Under the pieces are notes generated by a model. That model saw nothing but the letters and a program-made list of their open reading frames with translations, did not search any database and had not been told where the DNA came from. A stretch of DNA of 63,862 nucleotides, the filler included, from Folioceros fuciformis (lineage: Eukaryota), in assembly GCA_049999805.1 (NCBI GenBank). It is 8 parts of 8 records of this genome, joined end to end, with 100 filler letters (N's around TTAATTAATTAA, not from the genome) between each part and the next. Parts side by side here need not be neighbours in the genome. Positions count along the whole stretch, not along the records: positions 1 to 24,705 come from JBNGIO010003240.1; 7 more parts are not named here. The stretch is one strand, 5' to 3'. The position numbers and the translations under genes were made by a program. Below, one piece after another: positions 1 to 13,272 of the stretch. Every line of letters starts with the position of its first letter. The stretch's first letter is position 1.

Positions 1-111
1 ATTGATGCTTCTTCCTCCAACAACGCCCCTATAGTGTTTGATAGGGAAACAGCGTTTGCTGCTGCTGTTCGAAGGTTACTATTTTGTGTATTGAGAAAAA
101 CAAGGTACCTA

Positions 112-513
112 TCAGGTAGCGACATCAACAGGGCCACCGAGGCTTGCAGTTCTGAAACCTTTGTTCCTGCTGCCGCTAATTTTTGCCTCAGGTGTCTGAA
201 ATGCATAACATGTTCCTCCACAGTCTTTGACTCTCATTTTACAGTTCCAGAAAGAACGCGTGGCATGAACCAGCGAGGACTGGTTAGTTGTGGCGAACAT
301 CTGCGATAACACAATCCATGCAAGATGAGCCGAGGTGGCATCTTCGATGTGATGAATCATCGTGTTGTCGATGGTAAGCTCCAATATTGCTCGTGCTCTT
401 AGATCTTTCTTAACCCACGTAGTTAAGTCTGCTGCAAGTGCGTTTGCACCTGGATGTGCCACAGTTCTAAATTTTGTACATTGAGGCATCTGCACATTGT
501 GCAGATGCATCAA
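112..513 (-). pseudogene. copia gag fragment (UBN2/Retrotran_gag_2-like), frameshifted
   Basis: W..KD.RA..I...I......I....SA..AW..L...F pattern of copia gag; similarity is lost after RSFWNCKM. Confidence 0.75.
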
Positions 514-994
514 AATTTAGGACGACATCTACTATTATCCGGAGTCTTATGAATATTCTCTCCACAGTATGCTCGAACAAGGTTATGTGCTCATGTATCC
601 TATGACTGCAAGGAAACAGGTGCTCAGGATAATTGCGAAGCCACGTGTGCTGAATGTGATTGTTGCGTGCATGTTCTTGCAAGCTTCTACAACTTGATCC
701 TAGGCTTGAGAAAAATGATTGGAGATAAGCGTCGTCATCTTCAGCCTGCGATCTTCTATGGAACGTGTTGCGCCGCGGCATCTCTGGTTACAGGAGTTAC
801 ATGAGCATTCTGATGGCAGCGCTCAGATCTGTCACGTCTCGCTCTGTGCTGATTGCGTCATTCTTTTGCAATAGTGTTTCTGACAGACTTCTGCAGGCAA
901 ATCCCCGGCATTTAGATTCTCACTGCACGACTCTACGATGAGGTCCTGCTGTGACATTTGCATGCTTGGGATTTGCGTGAGGGATCTCCTTGTT

Positions 995-1006
995 GCTCTG
1001 ATACCA
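995..1006 (-). promoter_or_regulatory. Primer binding site (tRNA-iMet)
   Basis: Exact TGGTATCAGAGC on the minus strand. Confidence 0.85.
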
Positions 1007-1285
1007 TAGAAATTTACAAAGAAGAAGTGTCTTTACTGCTGGTGGGCACCTTTAAATGCACCCGCTCATAAAAACAGTTAATACGGTTATTGTTCATGTC
1101 CTGTGAAATATGAAATATACTAATTACTGATATATTGTGAATAACTATAGCTAGGATATATCTATTTATACATATTTTTCAGCAGGTGCCTGGTAGGGAT
1201 ACCATGCCCGCTTGCCCACAACACCCCACCTACGGCAATGGGGTAGGCTGTCTACCTACGACAATGGGTAGGAATGGTAGGGAAG

Positions 1286-1358
1286 CTACCTACGAGAAGA
1301 GGGGTAGGCAACCTACCTACGAGAAGAGGGGTAGGCAACCTACCTACGAGAGGAGGGG
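1286..1358. repeat. 27-bp tandem repeat, ~2.7 copies
   Basis: Unit CCTACCTACGAGAAGAGGGGTAGGCAA; appears as YEKRGRQPT repeats in ORF 1186-1635. Confidence 0.9.
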
Positions 1359-2223
1359 AAGGAATGGTAGGGACCCTACCTACGAAGGGAGCAACAGGTA
1401 CCCTACCTACGGAGGGAACATTCCCACCCTACATAGGGAAGGAGCTCAAGTTGAGGAACTAGGAGATCCCTCCCCTACCAAACTTGTAGGTGGTGGTGAA
1501 GGGATATCCCAAGAGATTCACATAGAGGAAGGTACGCTAGAAGTTCGTGGATCCAAAAGAAGACGAATCCCAATAATGGAGGGGGGCCCATTAGCTCAGC
1601 CTTTAGACTCTACCTCCCTTCAGGAGCCATCCTAGCCACACCTTTTTGAAAAGGGGGTCAACGAATCTTCTATGGCGGCACCGATAGTCCTAATCTTCAT
1701 CGAGCGCACTACCCTAGCAATTATTGGTAGGACTTAGCCTCTTGGTAGGTGTGCGCAATTAAAGTTGGTGGCATCTAGTGTGAGAGAAGGGTAGCCCACC
1801 ACCTACATGTAGGAGAGGGTTCATGTGTCGATCTCTCCTATAAGGAGGGGCTACACAAAGAAATGAACCACCACATTTGGCACTCTTCTCATGGCGAGTT
1901 CTTATGCTCAGCAAAGCGTAGGAATCTCATTGCCAGCTGTGTGCCATCATAGTGCCTGGTTGTGGCTAGAGTAGGAGTGGTCGAAGTGCTTGGCGGGGGG
2001 CTCATATTCTTCCATGGGCACCCCTACAAGTTGCTTCCCTTGTGAATGGTTGTCTTGCTGCTATAGGTGTGTGGCAATACCTGTGTGGCTGTTGGCTTGA
2101 GGGTAGACTCCAGGGAAAGACTTCCTGGAAGTTCTCGCTAGCAAGTGCAAGCACGCAACAACCGGCCTAAGGAAAAACTTGTTGGTCGTTGGACGTAGGG
2201 AGACGAGGAGTTTGATCGTTGTG

Positions 2224-2721
2224 GAAGGTATTGTGAGGAGACTTGTGATGAAGGGGTGTTGGGTGTAGGTAGTTAGAAATCGGTAGGGGAAGGTACTGGG
2301 GCCCTTCCAAGTGAAGGAATGGTGCCTTCCTACTGACTGGACGTGTTGAAGGTATGTACTAGGGAATGTTGAATGTCAAAGGTGAGCGAGAAACACAGTT
2401 GGAGGGAAAGGAGCGGGCTCGGAGGAAAACTTGGTCGTTGGGTGTAGGGAGACGAGTAGCTAGATTGTGGGTTGAGGAAGGTATTGTAAGGAGCCTTGTG
2501 AGGAAAAGGCATTGAGTGTAGGGAGGTAGAAATTGGTAGGGGAGGTACTGGGGCCCTTCCAAGTGAAGGAATGGTGCCTACCTACTGACTGGACGTGAGG
2601 AAGGTGTTGTAGGGAGCCTTGTGAGGAAAAAGGTATTGAGTGTTGGGAGGTAGAAATCGGTAGGGGAGGTACTTTGGCCCTTCCAAGTGAAGAAATGGTG
2701 CCTACCTACTGACTGGACATG
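2224..2721. repeat. ~123-bp direct repeat, 3 copies (2224-2346, 2477-2599, 2600-2721)
   Basis: Shared core AGAAAT(C/T)GGTAGGGG..GTACT..GGCCCTTCCAAGTGAAG.AATGGTGCCT.CCTACTGACTGGAC. Confidence 0.9.
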
Positions 2722-3345
2722 TTGCAGGATTAGTAGGTACGTACGTGATTGAGAGGGTTGGCTATTGTAGGGGAATGATATACGTAGCTGACCAGGCTCA
2801 GAGGGGAGCTGTCCTCGCAGCTGTCTGAACTTGGAAGTGTGGGAGGAGATCGTGTCGGTCTCCTTCATCTTTAGGAGGTTAAATTCTTGCCTTACACTGT
2901 ACAGGGTTAGAACGTTGTTAACGTTGTACGTGTTTCATAGCTGGTCCCAGATTGCGGACGCTTCCGTAAGGAACTCCACACTAGGCACCACGCTAGAGTC
3001 GAGGCCACTGATGAGGAGAGCAATAGCAATCCCGTTCAAGTAGTCCCATCTTTCGATATCAGCAGCGGAAGGGGGTGGTATAGATGACGGGTTAGGCTTT
3101 GGTAACGTGCTGTTAACGATCTTCCAGACACCCCGACCTATCAAGATAGATTTCATGCTTACGTGCCACAGCGGGTAGTGTTGGCCGTTGAATGGATCTT
3201 TCTCCTTCATGTGATCGATGTAGATAGGGGCAGAGCCAGGGATGGTGGCAACGCCACTTGTCACCATAGTTGCTGTAGGGTTTAATGTGAGTGAGCCCAA
3301 CTGATCTATAAGGTGATTCACGAAGGAGTCGTAGGTCGTGGTCAT
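2578..3345 (-). pseudogene. copia gag N-terminal remnant
   Basis: FNGQHYPLWHVSMKSILIGRGVWKIV...ERWDYLNGIAIALLISGL...ASAIWDQL, then a stop, then MKETDTISSHTSKFRQL; matches the copia gag N-terminus. Confidence 0.8.
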
Positions 3346-3804
3346 AAAACTTGGCCAGAGGGATCCGCGTAGGCTTGACTTCAGAAGATATAAACAAAAA
3401 TTACAGGATAAGTTCGACCGTCAAAGTGAGAACCTTTTTCTGGTGTCCTCCTAGCACAACTACCGCCGACGTCCTGCAAATTAAGGGGCCGGTGAGCTGT
3501 CCTGGACTGGCTCTGCTAGGCGGCGAAGTCGGTAGGCCAAGTCCACAAAGTACTCGGCAGTAAATTGAAGCTAGTCCCAAAGAGCCGAGGTGGAATCAGT
3601 GATCAAGCAGAGTGGGGGTGTTAATGCGGGCTCGATCTTCACGCGAGAGTCCTCTCCAAGGTGTAGCTAGGTGTCAAGGCATCCGGCAGAGGGGTGGGAA
3701 TATGGAAGGAAATTATGGCGGAGAGGATCTGGGTGTGAACCGGCGCCAAGGGAAATCAGTTCCAAACTAGTGGTCGAAAAAACCGGGTTCACACCGGTTA
3801 GGAG

Positions 3805-4065
3805 TGTTGAAATAGCACCACAGGCTTAGAAGGACTCCACATCTCCTTACTTATGGTGCACAGGATGCTACATATATAGCCTTCAGGCGGGGCAACCCTC
3901 AATAAGGTAAGCCTTAGTCTCGAGGGTGCAATATCCTAGTATATCCTGATATATCCTGATAACACTTAAGTGATAGATAACTATGAGTTCAATATGGGAT
4001 AATCTACACTATCCTAAGTGTTGTATGCTCTTAATAACAATTCAGTTAGAGCTTGATTTCTAACA
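3805..4065 (-). repeat. 3' LTR (261 bp)
   Basis: Direct repeat of 8481-8731, adjacent to the PPT. Confidence 0.97.
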
Positions 4066-4077
4066 CTCCCCCTCAAG
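4066..4077 (-). promoter_or_regulatory. Polypurine tract
   Basis: CTTGAGGGGGAG on the minus strand immediately before the 3' LTR. Confidence 0.9.
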
Positions 4078-4078
4078 C

Positions 4079-7000
4079 TCAGACTATTTGTAACACTCCA
4101 AGTAGTTCACGAAAGTGTAAGAACTTATCTCTACCTAGCGACTTAGTAAAGATATCTGCTACCTGGTCTTCGGTCTTCACGTGCCAAAGATTTATCTTCT
4201 CAGATAATACCGCTTCCCTGATGAAATGATAATGTACTTCTATGTGCTTCGAACGAGCATGAAACACAAGATTAATAGCCAACCTCATGCTACTCATGTT
4301 GTCACAGTAGATTGTAACCTTGCTGTTCACTATATTTCCAAGATCATGGAGCAACTTATGCAACCAAGCTGCTTCACAGGCTGCCATTGCAGCTCCTCAA
4401 TACTCTGCTTCTATGCTTGACAAAGTAACTGTCGGTTGTTTCTTGCTTTGCCAGCTGATCATACTACTTCCCAGACTGAATGCATATCCACTGGTTGATC
4501 TTCTGTCATACGCACAACCAGCCCAATCAGCATCTGTATATCCTGTCTGTGATTCTTCTAACTGCATCCAAGTGCGGTTTCCTTGGGTTCTGCATGAATT
4601 GACTAATCAGTCCCACTGCATAACTTAAGTCAGGACGTGTGATAGTCAAGTAGATCAAACTTCCGACCATCTGTCGATACATAGTCACATTTTCCAGCTC
4701 AGCTCCTACATCCATTTGCAGCTTGACGTTCTGCTCCAATGGTGTATCCATCGCTTTGCAATCTGCCATGCCATACTTCTGCAACATATCCTTAGCATAT
4801 TGTTTTTGGATTAGCCTAATTCCTTGAGGTGTAGACACAACCTCAATTCCTAAGAAGTATCTGAGTTCACCAAGATCCTTCACCTTGAACTCTTTTTGCA
4901 GATTCGCCTTGACATCTGCAATACCATCTGCATCATCTCTTGTGATGATCAGGTCGTCAACATAAACGACAAGACACACTTGTCCTACCTTGGTCTGTTT
5001 TACAAATAGACTGTGATCTGCGTCTCCAATCACAAACCCTCGCTCCTTCAAATAGCTTGTGATACGAGCATTCCATGTTTTAGGTGCCTGTTTGAGTCCA
5101 TACAATGCCTTCTTCAGTTTGCAGACGTATGTTGGAAACTAAGGATGAACATAGCCTTCAGGCTGTTCCACGTACACTTCCTCCTGCAACTCACCATTCA
5201 AGAAGGCATTCTTGACATCCATTTGCCATAACTTCCATCCTTTAGCTGCTGCTAATGCTATGACTGTCCTTACAGTTGTCATCTTGGCTACTGGACTAAA
5301 GGTTTCCTCATAATCAAGACCATACTGTTGTGCATATCCCTTTGCAACCAACATGGCCTTGTAACGCTCCAGCATTCCATCTAACTTGAACTTTAGCTTA
5401 TACACCCACTTAGAACCAATAGGAACCTTGCCATCAGGCAATTGAACCAAATCCCATGTTCCGTTCTCAACTAATGCTGAGTATTCTTCATCCATGGCTT
5501 GACACCACTTATCATTTGTCACTGCCTCATCAAACTTGGTTGGCTCCTTACAAGCTGTTACCCTTGTCATATACGCATAATGTTGCGCATTGTAGCTTGT
5601 ATAGGTGTACTTGTCAATGGGTTTCCTAACCCTCTCAGATCTCCTTGGTCTTGGTTCATTTTGAACCTGCCTTGCATATTGTTGCTCCTTAGCACCTGGC
5701 GTTTCCACAGACGGAATGCTAAACTCACTGTCAATGCTCTCACTACTTGAGGATTCATATCCCTCATTTCCAGTTTTGCTGCTTTCTACTCTCCCCCTCA
5801 CTGACATATCCGGGTCAGTGGTCTTCGGTTTACCATTCCGCAGTCTTCCAGACCATGGATTCATCGTTGGTGATCCACCATTGGTCACATCCTCACTCTT
5901 TGCTGGAGTACTCTCAACAGTACTCTCCCCTGTGGGTTCGTTATAGGGTAGTGCAACTAAGTTGCTATACCAGGAGGCTAACTCATCAAATCCCACATCC
6001 CTGCTTATCAGGATCTCATGTGTGGATGGCACATAACACTTATATGCCTTCCTATTTCGTGCATACCCCAGAAAAACACTCTTCACTACTTTAGGATCCA
6101 GCTTCCTACGCTTCTCATCAGGTACATGCACATATGCAATGCACCCAAACACTTTCAAGTGCCTAATATCCGTCTTATAGCCATACAGTCTCTCAATTGG
6201 TGTAGCATCATGAATTCCTATCATAGGAGTTTGATTCAGTACATACACTGTTGTCATCACTGCTTCTGCCCAATAATCATTAGGTAAGCACTTCTCATTC
6301 AGCATTGCCCTTGCTGTTTCCATGACTACCCTGTTCTTCCTCTCTGCAACACCATTCTGCTGTGGTGTGTATCTGCAAGTCAACTGTCTTCGTATACCAT
6401 GATCTGCAAGATACCTGTCAAACTCATTTGAGACATATTCTCCCCTTCCATCTGATCTTAGACAAGAGATGGAGCAATTGAATTCATTTTCAGCATGCTT
6501 TTTGAAGTCCTTGAAAGACTCGAACACTTCATCCTTATGCTTCAGTATGTACAGCCACGTGTACCTGCTGAAATCATCAATGAAGGAGACATAGTAATGG
6601 GCTCCTCCAAACGATGCATTCTGTGAAGGACCCCATACATCAGAGTGTATCAATTGCAAAGGTCTCGAGCTGTTCTGCACGTGTCGCACAAATGGAAACC
6701 TTGACTGTTTTCCAAATTGACATGCAGAACACACATGACCAAGATCAGCATACTTGAACTTGGGCAATCCTTCCACCACGCTTTTATGTTGCATAGATTT
6801 CAGCTTCTCTATGTTCACATGCCCAATCCTCTTATGCCATATTTCAACATCACGTATGGCACCTGCATCATTTGCAAACATTGCTGCATTTAGCTTTGGA
6901 ATGGATGCATCCAGAGTGAACCTCCGTCCATTCCTACTACCTTTAGCAATCAGTTTACGCCCTCTGTCATATTCTTCAATAAAGCATCCATCTTTATTAA

Positions 7001-8291
7001 ATCGAACTTGCAGATTTTGTTCAGCCATCTGTCTAACAGACAACAGGTTCTTCGTAATGGTTGGAACATGCAACACATCTTGCAGACTCTTCTGCTGACC
7101 ATTCGGCATCCTAAGAGGAACAATTCCTCTGTGCTTTATGTCATGTTGTGTGTCATCTCCTGTACACACATGGCCATGGGGACCTACATCCATCTTGTTA
7201 AACCACTTGCCATGCGGAGTCATGTGGTTTGATGCTCTTGAATCAATGTACCATCTCGCATCATTTTGCCCATCCTGTTCAGAGAGATGTTGCATGGCGA
7301 ACAACCTATCCTGGTCATTTCCAGCATTACTAGAGGAGGCATAGTTCCCATGTTGCCTTCCTTTTCCTCTCATGTCTGCTTGCTGCTTATAGCAGTCCTT
7401 ACCAATATGACCAACCTTTCCACAGTAGTAACACTCCTTGTCTCTATTGGAATGATCATGAGATTGAAAAGAACCATCTCTTCCTCTTGTGGCTCTACCT
7501 GCGCCTCTAAAACTTCCAGATTCTCTTTGGCCTTGCGCATTTCCTCCACGCCATTTGTCTTGCTGATTTTGCGTGTTCCGAGCATCACCCCGTCCTCGGA
7601 ATGAACCACGACCTCTGTGGCCTCTCCCACGCTGGTTAGAAAACAAAACAGTGTCTCTCCCTTGAGATATACCTGAACCTGTGTTTAGACCAAGCTTAAC
7701 TTCCTCATGCAGCAACAAAGCAACCAATTCATCCCAACTTGGGAACTCAACTCTCACAGAGATTGATGTGTCAAAGGACTTGTACTCCTTGCCAAGTCCG
7801 TTCAGAGTAACTGCAACCATGTCATCTTCCGTCACACTTGCACCGATTGTAGCAAGCTGATCAGCTATGGTCTTCACCTCTGTTGTATACACGAGTATGG
7901 ATCTACTACCTCGTGACAAGTTGTTGAACTCCTGCTTCAACTAGATTTTCCTAGCATGTGTAACATTTCCAAAGTTCCTCATGAGTATGTCCCATGCATC
8001 CTTCGGAGACTCACATCCCGTGATCTGTATGACCATAGCATCTGAAATACTTAAGGAGAGCCAGTGTAACACTTTACATGCTCTCTCAGTCCAATTCTTG
8101 TGAGCAGTCTTTTGCTCCTGTGATGGAGTACGATCCATCTCTGGTTCACTCTCATCACCTGTGCAGAGGTCCCAATAGCCTCTATCTACCAAGAAGTTCT
8201 TCATCCTGAACTTCCACAAAGCAAAATTCTTGTTATCCAACTTCTCTCTCACGACCTGAGAGATATTGTCTGATCCTTGCACATTAGCCAT
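4079..8291 (-). pseudogene. copia gag-pol polyprotein with in-frame TAG stops (7941-7943, 5139-5141) and lesions near 4390-4560
   Basis: Zinc knuckle CYYCGKVGHIGKDC; protease WYIDSRASNHM; WHKRIGH; integrase HSDVWG / RSDGRGEY / QQNGVAERKN; RT QMDVKNAFL and YVDDLII; RNase H SKHIEVHYHFIRE...QVADIFTK. Confidence 0.95.
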
Positions 8292-8468
8292 GATTCAGGC
8301 TCCTTTACGCTCCTCCTGAGTCTCTCTCCCTCTCGCGCGCTCTTGCGCCTGTTGCGGCTTCCTACGCCGCTGCGCCTCTCAATGGCTTGCGTTGCCAGCC
8401 ACCTTCACGCTCACGGCCATAGCCTCAAACCCCCGCCATAGCTGCAATGGCCGCCGATGCTCTCTCTG

Positions 8469-8480
8469 GCTCTGATACCA
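8469..8480 (-). promoter_or_regulatory. Primer binding site (tRNA-iMet)
   Basis: TGGTATCAGAGC directly after the 5' LTR. Confidence 0.95.
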
Positions 8481-8731
8481 TGTTGAAATAGCACCACATG
8501 CTTAGAAGGACTCCACAATTCCTTACTTACGGTGCACAGGATGCTACATATATAGCCTTCAGGCGGGGCAACCCTCAATAAAGTAAGCCTCAGTCTCGAG
8601 GGTGCAATATCCTGATATATCCTGATAACACTTAGGTGATAGATAACTACGAGTTCAATATGGGATAATCTACACTATCCTAAGTGTTGTATGCTCTTAA
8701 TAACAATTCAGTTAGAGCTTGATTTCTAACA
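8481..8731 (-). repeat. 5' LTR (251 bp)
   Basis: Direct repeat of 3805-4065, followed by the TSD AGGAG. Confidence 0.97.
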
Positions 8732-9942
8732 AGGAGGGGGTAGGAAACCCGTTTAACGAAACAACAACTTAAGTTGTTGTTTCTGGAGTCGGGGGCCTGT
8801 TGGGCACGAGGGCGCCCCTCTGAGGCCTCGAATCCGGCGTGCCCCTCACCTGCGGATGCTGTAGATCCAGGGCACGCCGGTTCCCTAAGCGGCTCCTCTC
8901 CTGTAGATCCGGCTTGCTAGTTCCCTGAGCGGCGCCTCTCCTGCAGATCCGCTGGGTGCTGCACAGCAGAGGCGCCGGTTAGGCAAGGAGATTGTGCTCC
9001 GGCACGACCAGGATGAAGCGCCGACGAGCCCGATTGATGAAGATCCACTTGCGTCTTTGATTCCCGGGATGTCGATTGTTCCTGCAAGTGCGCCCAAGGG
9101 TGCTCCGTCCTTGCTATCACAAATTGCTGCTCCCCTAGTGCGCTGGGAGAATTGGAGGAGTCGTGTTGAAACTCCTCTTCATCGAATCGCAATCTGGATG
9201 TTGGCCTAGTGACGATGAGGTTGCCGGTGGCCCAATCCTTTGCAGTGATGGTTAGGTGGCCTCCTGGTGTTCCTGGGCCATTTTCCGTGAACCCGTGAAG
9301 GAGGCAATCCACACGGGGGTTGGAGGATGAGGAGCAGATGCAGCATCGTCGGCACCGATGCCGATTCGAAGGGTGCTGCGCATGCCAAGAACTCCAAGCA
9401 CTGGCCCGTGCCCGCTGGCGCCTAAGCAATCTTAAGTGCCTGCATATCTTGGTGTGGGGGGATCGTCGAAAGGTCATATCGCGGCGCAGGTCCATGGGTA
9501 AGGCGATGGCAGGCCAGAAAACGAGAGCCGGAGGAGGAAGGGGGAGGGATGACCTGCATGTTCTCCGTCTCCCCTTTTAAATCCATCTGTGGACCTTATC
9601 GTTGATATGTTAGATGTAAGGGATGGTATATCAAGCCCAAGAGGTATAGGGGTTGGTGACATGGCTTGTATTGGAACTTTGTGGTTAAGCGCCTTGATGC
9701 TCGATCAGGGCTTAGATGGGGGACCCTTAACTAGTGTTTAGGGGGCCAGGGGGCCATGCCCATCCTAGCCATTCTAGGATGCATCTATCATTTTTGCTTT
9801 TTGCATCTATCAATTTTTATTTGCTCTCAACTGATGGATCGGATCCATGGTGTCTTCTGCAGATCTATGGAGGGGGTCGCCGAGAGATCATACACAGCTC
9901 GACAACAACTGCCCAACCATAGTACGGAGACAATTACAAAAA

Positions 9943-10157
9943 GCTCTGATTCCATGTTTAGATCCTAATAGTAGGATGCTATGCCTCTAGTCTGCTAAGT
10001 AAGACGCATGTTGTATTATTAGAAGAGAGGTACAGAAGAGTTACGGAGGTGTGTTTATATAGGATGATCGGTGTGACCCTTCGTGAAGGGTCACACCCTT
10101 TCATGGTGTCCTATTGCTAAGGGTAGTGAGTAACTACTAGGAGGGGTTACGGTCAGA
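9943..10157 (-). mobile_element. PBS (one mismatch) plus LTR remnant of an older copia element
   Basis: GCTCTGATTCCA at 9943-9954 followed by TGTTTAG... at 9955. The outer LTR boundary is uncertain. Confidence 0.6.
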
Positions 10158-13100
10158 TTAAATGTCCCGTAACATCTCTTCTTCTACAAGTGGAGGAATG
10201 GGTTCCTGCACATCATGACATTCAACCTGCCCCTGACGGTCAAGTCCATCTTCTTGGAAGACCACCCGTCGCACCTCCGCAGTTGGACCAGGCTTCTTGT
10301 GCATCTTGGTCTCATTGAAGAACACGTAATTGCTGCGAACAACCTTCTTGGCTTCTGGATCCCATAAACAGTATCCCATCTCACCAGAGTCACCATAGCC
10401 AAAAAAAATACATTTTCTGGACTTGGGTGCCAACTAGTCCTAAAACTCCTTTGGAATATGGTAGTATGCCTCGTAGCCAAACACTTGTAGATGCTTGTAA
10501 GATGGCTTCTTTTCATACCACAGCTCCTCTGGAACCTGCTCATCCACAGCCTTATTAGGAGATCTATTAAAAAGATACATCGCAGTTGACACTGCTTCTG
10601 CCCAAAATCCGTTAGGCAATCCAAAGTTTGACAACAAACTACACATCCTCTCTTGGATGGTTCTATTCATCCGTGCAGGCACACCATTCTGGGGAGGAGT
10701 ATACGGGGCAGTCAATTCTCTCTTGATTCCCTTGGAATCACAGAATGACTGCAAAGCCTTCAAACGTACTTTCTACCATTGTTTGTCCTTAGACGCTTTA
10801 GTCAAAGGCTAGATTGATTCTCCACAAGGGTGACAAATTTTTGAAACACTGTCAGAACATCATCCTTTTTCCTCAAAGGATAAACCCATTCAAGAGGTTT
10901 ACTTTTGTGTTTACCTCTTGCTCCATGTGGTGATTTCGTTTGTTTCTCATACAAATAGTGCTCACACACGGAGAAATCAGAGAAGACAAAAGCAGGGATG
11001 TAACCAAAACGAGATAAGATCTTCATTCTTTTTTGAGACATATGTCCTAACCGACAATGCCACAAGGAAACACTTGGTTGTTCCGTTACACAAATCACAT
11101 GATCCTTGACAGTGGTTACCTGAAGTGAGTACAAAGTGCCACACACGATCCTCGAGCTAACACAAGAGAACCTTTGGAGATCTTCCAAGAATAATCCCCA
11201 AACCAACAATGGTAGTCAGCGTCATCCAACTGCCCTGCGCTAATCATGCTTTTTGTCAACTTCGAAACATGCCTAACATCCTTCAGCATGAATGAAGATC
11301 CGTTGTCAAACCTTAGCTGCACATCACCAACGCCTGCAATCTCGCATGCGTAGTTATTTCCAAGCCGAACACATCCTTTTCTAGTAGCATCATAGGTGCT
11401 AAACCACTCCCTATGCTGAGTAACATGGAAAGATGCTCCAGAGTCAATTATCCAATTAGAGAATAAGTGACTATCCACGGTTGTCAGTTGTGCAGAATCA
11501 AAGGAAGAAGAGATAAGAACATCTCCATCATCAACAAAATTCACCTTGTTAGGCTTGATCCTTGGACTTGCCTCGTTGTCGTTCTGCTTCTTCTCCTTTC
11601 CTTTGTCCTTCTTGAACTTCTCGCAGTCCCTTCTGATGTGACTCTTTTTGTGACAATGGTAACACTCAACATTGTTACGACTACGAGATTTGCTACGGGA
11701 AAGGTTTCGCTCCTTTTGATCTCCCCTTTGAAGTGGACCTTCCTCTCACCATGAGAGCATTGGAACCTTTTGAAGGTTCCATATTCTTCCTGTTCACCTC
11801 TTATGTTAATAGGCTACCTTCTACATTTACAATGGTGAGACCACTGGCTCCTAGCGGAATTACTCCGAGGTGTACGAAAGGTGTCCCAACTCTCTGGTAA
11901 TGTGACCAACAAAAACATAGCTCTCACAGAATCTGGGAATGAGATACCTTGAGATGAGAGCTGGCTGAAAATGGTATTGAACTCATTCAGATGATCGAAC
12001 ATCCTTGTCCCTTCCTTCATCTTCAAGTCCACCAACTGTTTCAACCAGTACACCTAAGAAGTCGCACTTTGCTTCTCATCATGTAGGTCACTCAACTTCT
12101 GCCATAGCTCGTAACTTGTGGTCTTGTCTTTCACATTGAAGTAGACCGACTTCGACAATGTTAGCATGATGGTAGATCTAGCAAGCTCATCTAGATCCTG
12201 CCACTCATCCTGAGTCATGTTAACAGGTTTCACACCTAGCAACTTTATGGGCTTGATCTGCTTTTTCTGCACTAGAACATTATACACTTGTTCTTTCCAG
12301 AACGAGAAGTTAGTACCATCTAACTTCTCCATATTGAACATAACGTTTTTTGAGGATGTCATTATTTAAAATCAATGCAAATCAAACAAAAGGCTAGTTA
12401 GAAACGGTCGGAATGTAATGGAGATTCAGATAGTTACCCTCACACCTTGTTCCACCTCGGTTGTCACAACTTGTAGACCTCAAACCATCGCATGAGTCTA
12501 TCCACAATTCAGGCCGCCTCACGGCTGGAGTGTCCTGTCCTCTGATTCAGATCTGGCTGCCCGCGACTTTGGATCTGGCCACACCACTAAGCGGTTGGGA
12601 GCCGTGCGAGGGCAGCCCGGGCCTGATCCCGCGGCCGGGATCCCGGCTGGCTAGCGCCCTGGCGCCCTATGCCCTCGGCGCCTGCGCTCTACCGCCCTAG
12701 CACCCTACGCCCCGCTCCTGAGGCAGGCACCCCGCGCGGCGTGGCAGCGCCCTCTCGGGTGCTCCGCACTGCCGGAGCTTGGCACCCCACACTGCCGCTG
12801 CCTCAGCCTAAGCACGGTGGGGCTGGAGCCCTTGCACCCCAGGCAGTAGAGTGGCCTCAAACGGCCCCCGGGATGCTGCCTTCACTCACTCCGGTGCCTT
12901 CCTCACGGCCTTGCACATCTTGTCCACAGCACCTAGAGACATCACCATCTTGCTCCACAACCAAGCTCTGATACCTGTTGAAGGAACACCAGAGGAGCCA
13001 CATGGTGAAAGAGGAGAGGAGAAAGCAAAGGATGAGAGAAGAGAGCAAGGTCTCTCACACACTTTGTGTCTCAATATTGCAAGGGAGCTCAAGAGGGTAT

Positions 13101-13272
13101 TTATACCCTCTAGAAGAGCTCCCAAGGAAGCTTCACAAGAAGCTCATAGGAAGCTATGCAAGAAGCTTCCTAAAGATTAGCTTAAGCTAATCTAAACTAA
13201 TGATACTTAACTAGACACTAATCTTAGTCTAAACACATTAGTCTAAGCACATTGGGCTTTAATAACCCTACA
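10158..13272 (-). mobile_element. 3'-truncated Ty1/copia element: 5' LTR 12976-13272, PBS 12965-12975, degenerate gag-PR-IN 10158-12362
   Basis: GCTCTGATACC then TGTTG...CTACA. Gag EKLDGTNFSFWKEQ; protease WIIDSGASFHVT; LWHCRLGHMS; APYTPPQNGV; APKSRKCIFFGY. Same family as 46752-48627. Confidence 0.92.

Larger units (their letters stand above)
1..1181 (-). mobile_element. 5' part of a Ty1/copia LTR retrotransposon (short LTR, PBS, leader, degenerate gag), running off the window start
   Basis: GCTCTGATACCA at 995-1006 is the reverse complement of the tRNA-iMet PBS TGGTATCAGAGC. An AT-rich ~175-bp LTR candidate (1007-1181) abuts it. ORF 112-513 gives copia gag-like text (WVKKDLRARAILELTIDNTMIHHIEDATSAHLAW...). 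Confidence 0.8.
3805..8731 (-). mobile_element. Structurally complete Ty1/copia LTR retrotransposon (4927 bp), coding region disabled
   Basis: Two TGTTG...TAACA LTRs (3805-4065, 8481-8731). 5-bp TSD AGGAG at 3800-3804 and 8732-8736. PBS 8469-8480, PPT 4066-4077. Domain order gag-PR-IN-RT-RH. Confidence 0.98.

Noticed and set aside
7938-7946. Programmed stop-codon read-through between gag and pol
   Set aside because: The TAG falls in the middle of gag (ARKI*LKQEF), where CAG/Gln is expected, and the element has other lesions. A C-to-T mutation is simpler.
8885-9968. Short overlapping ORFs as host genes (likewise those in 12461-12971, 16440-18083 and 47936-48629)
   Set aside because: GC-rich transposon leader or LTR sequence gives open frames by chance; no domain motifs were recognised.
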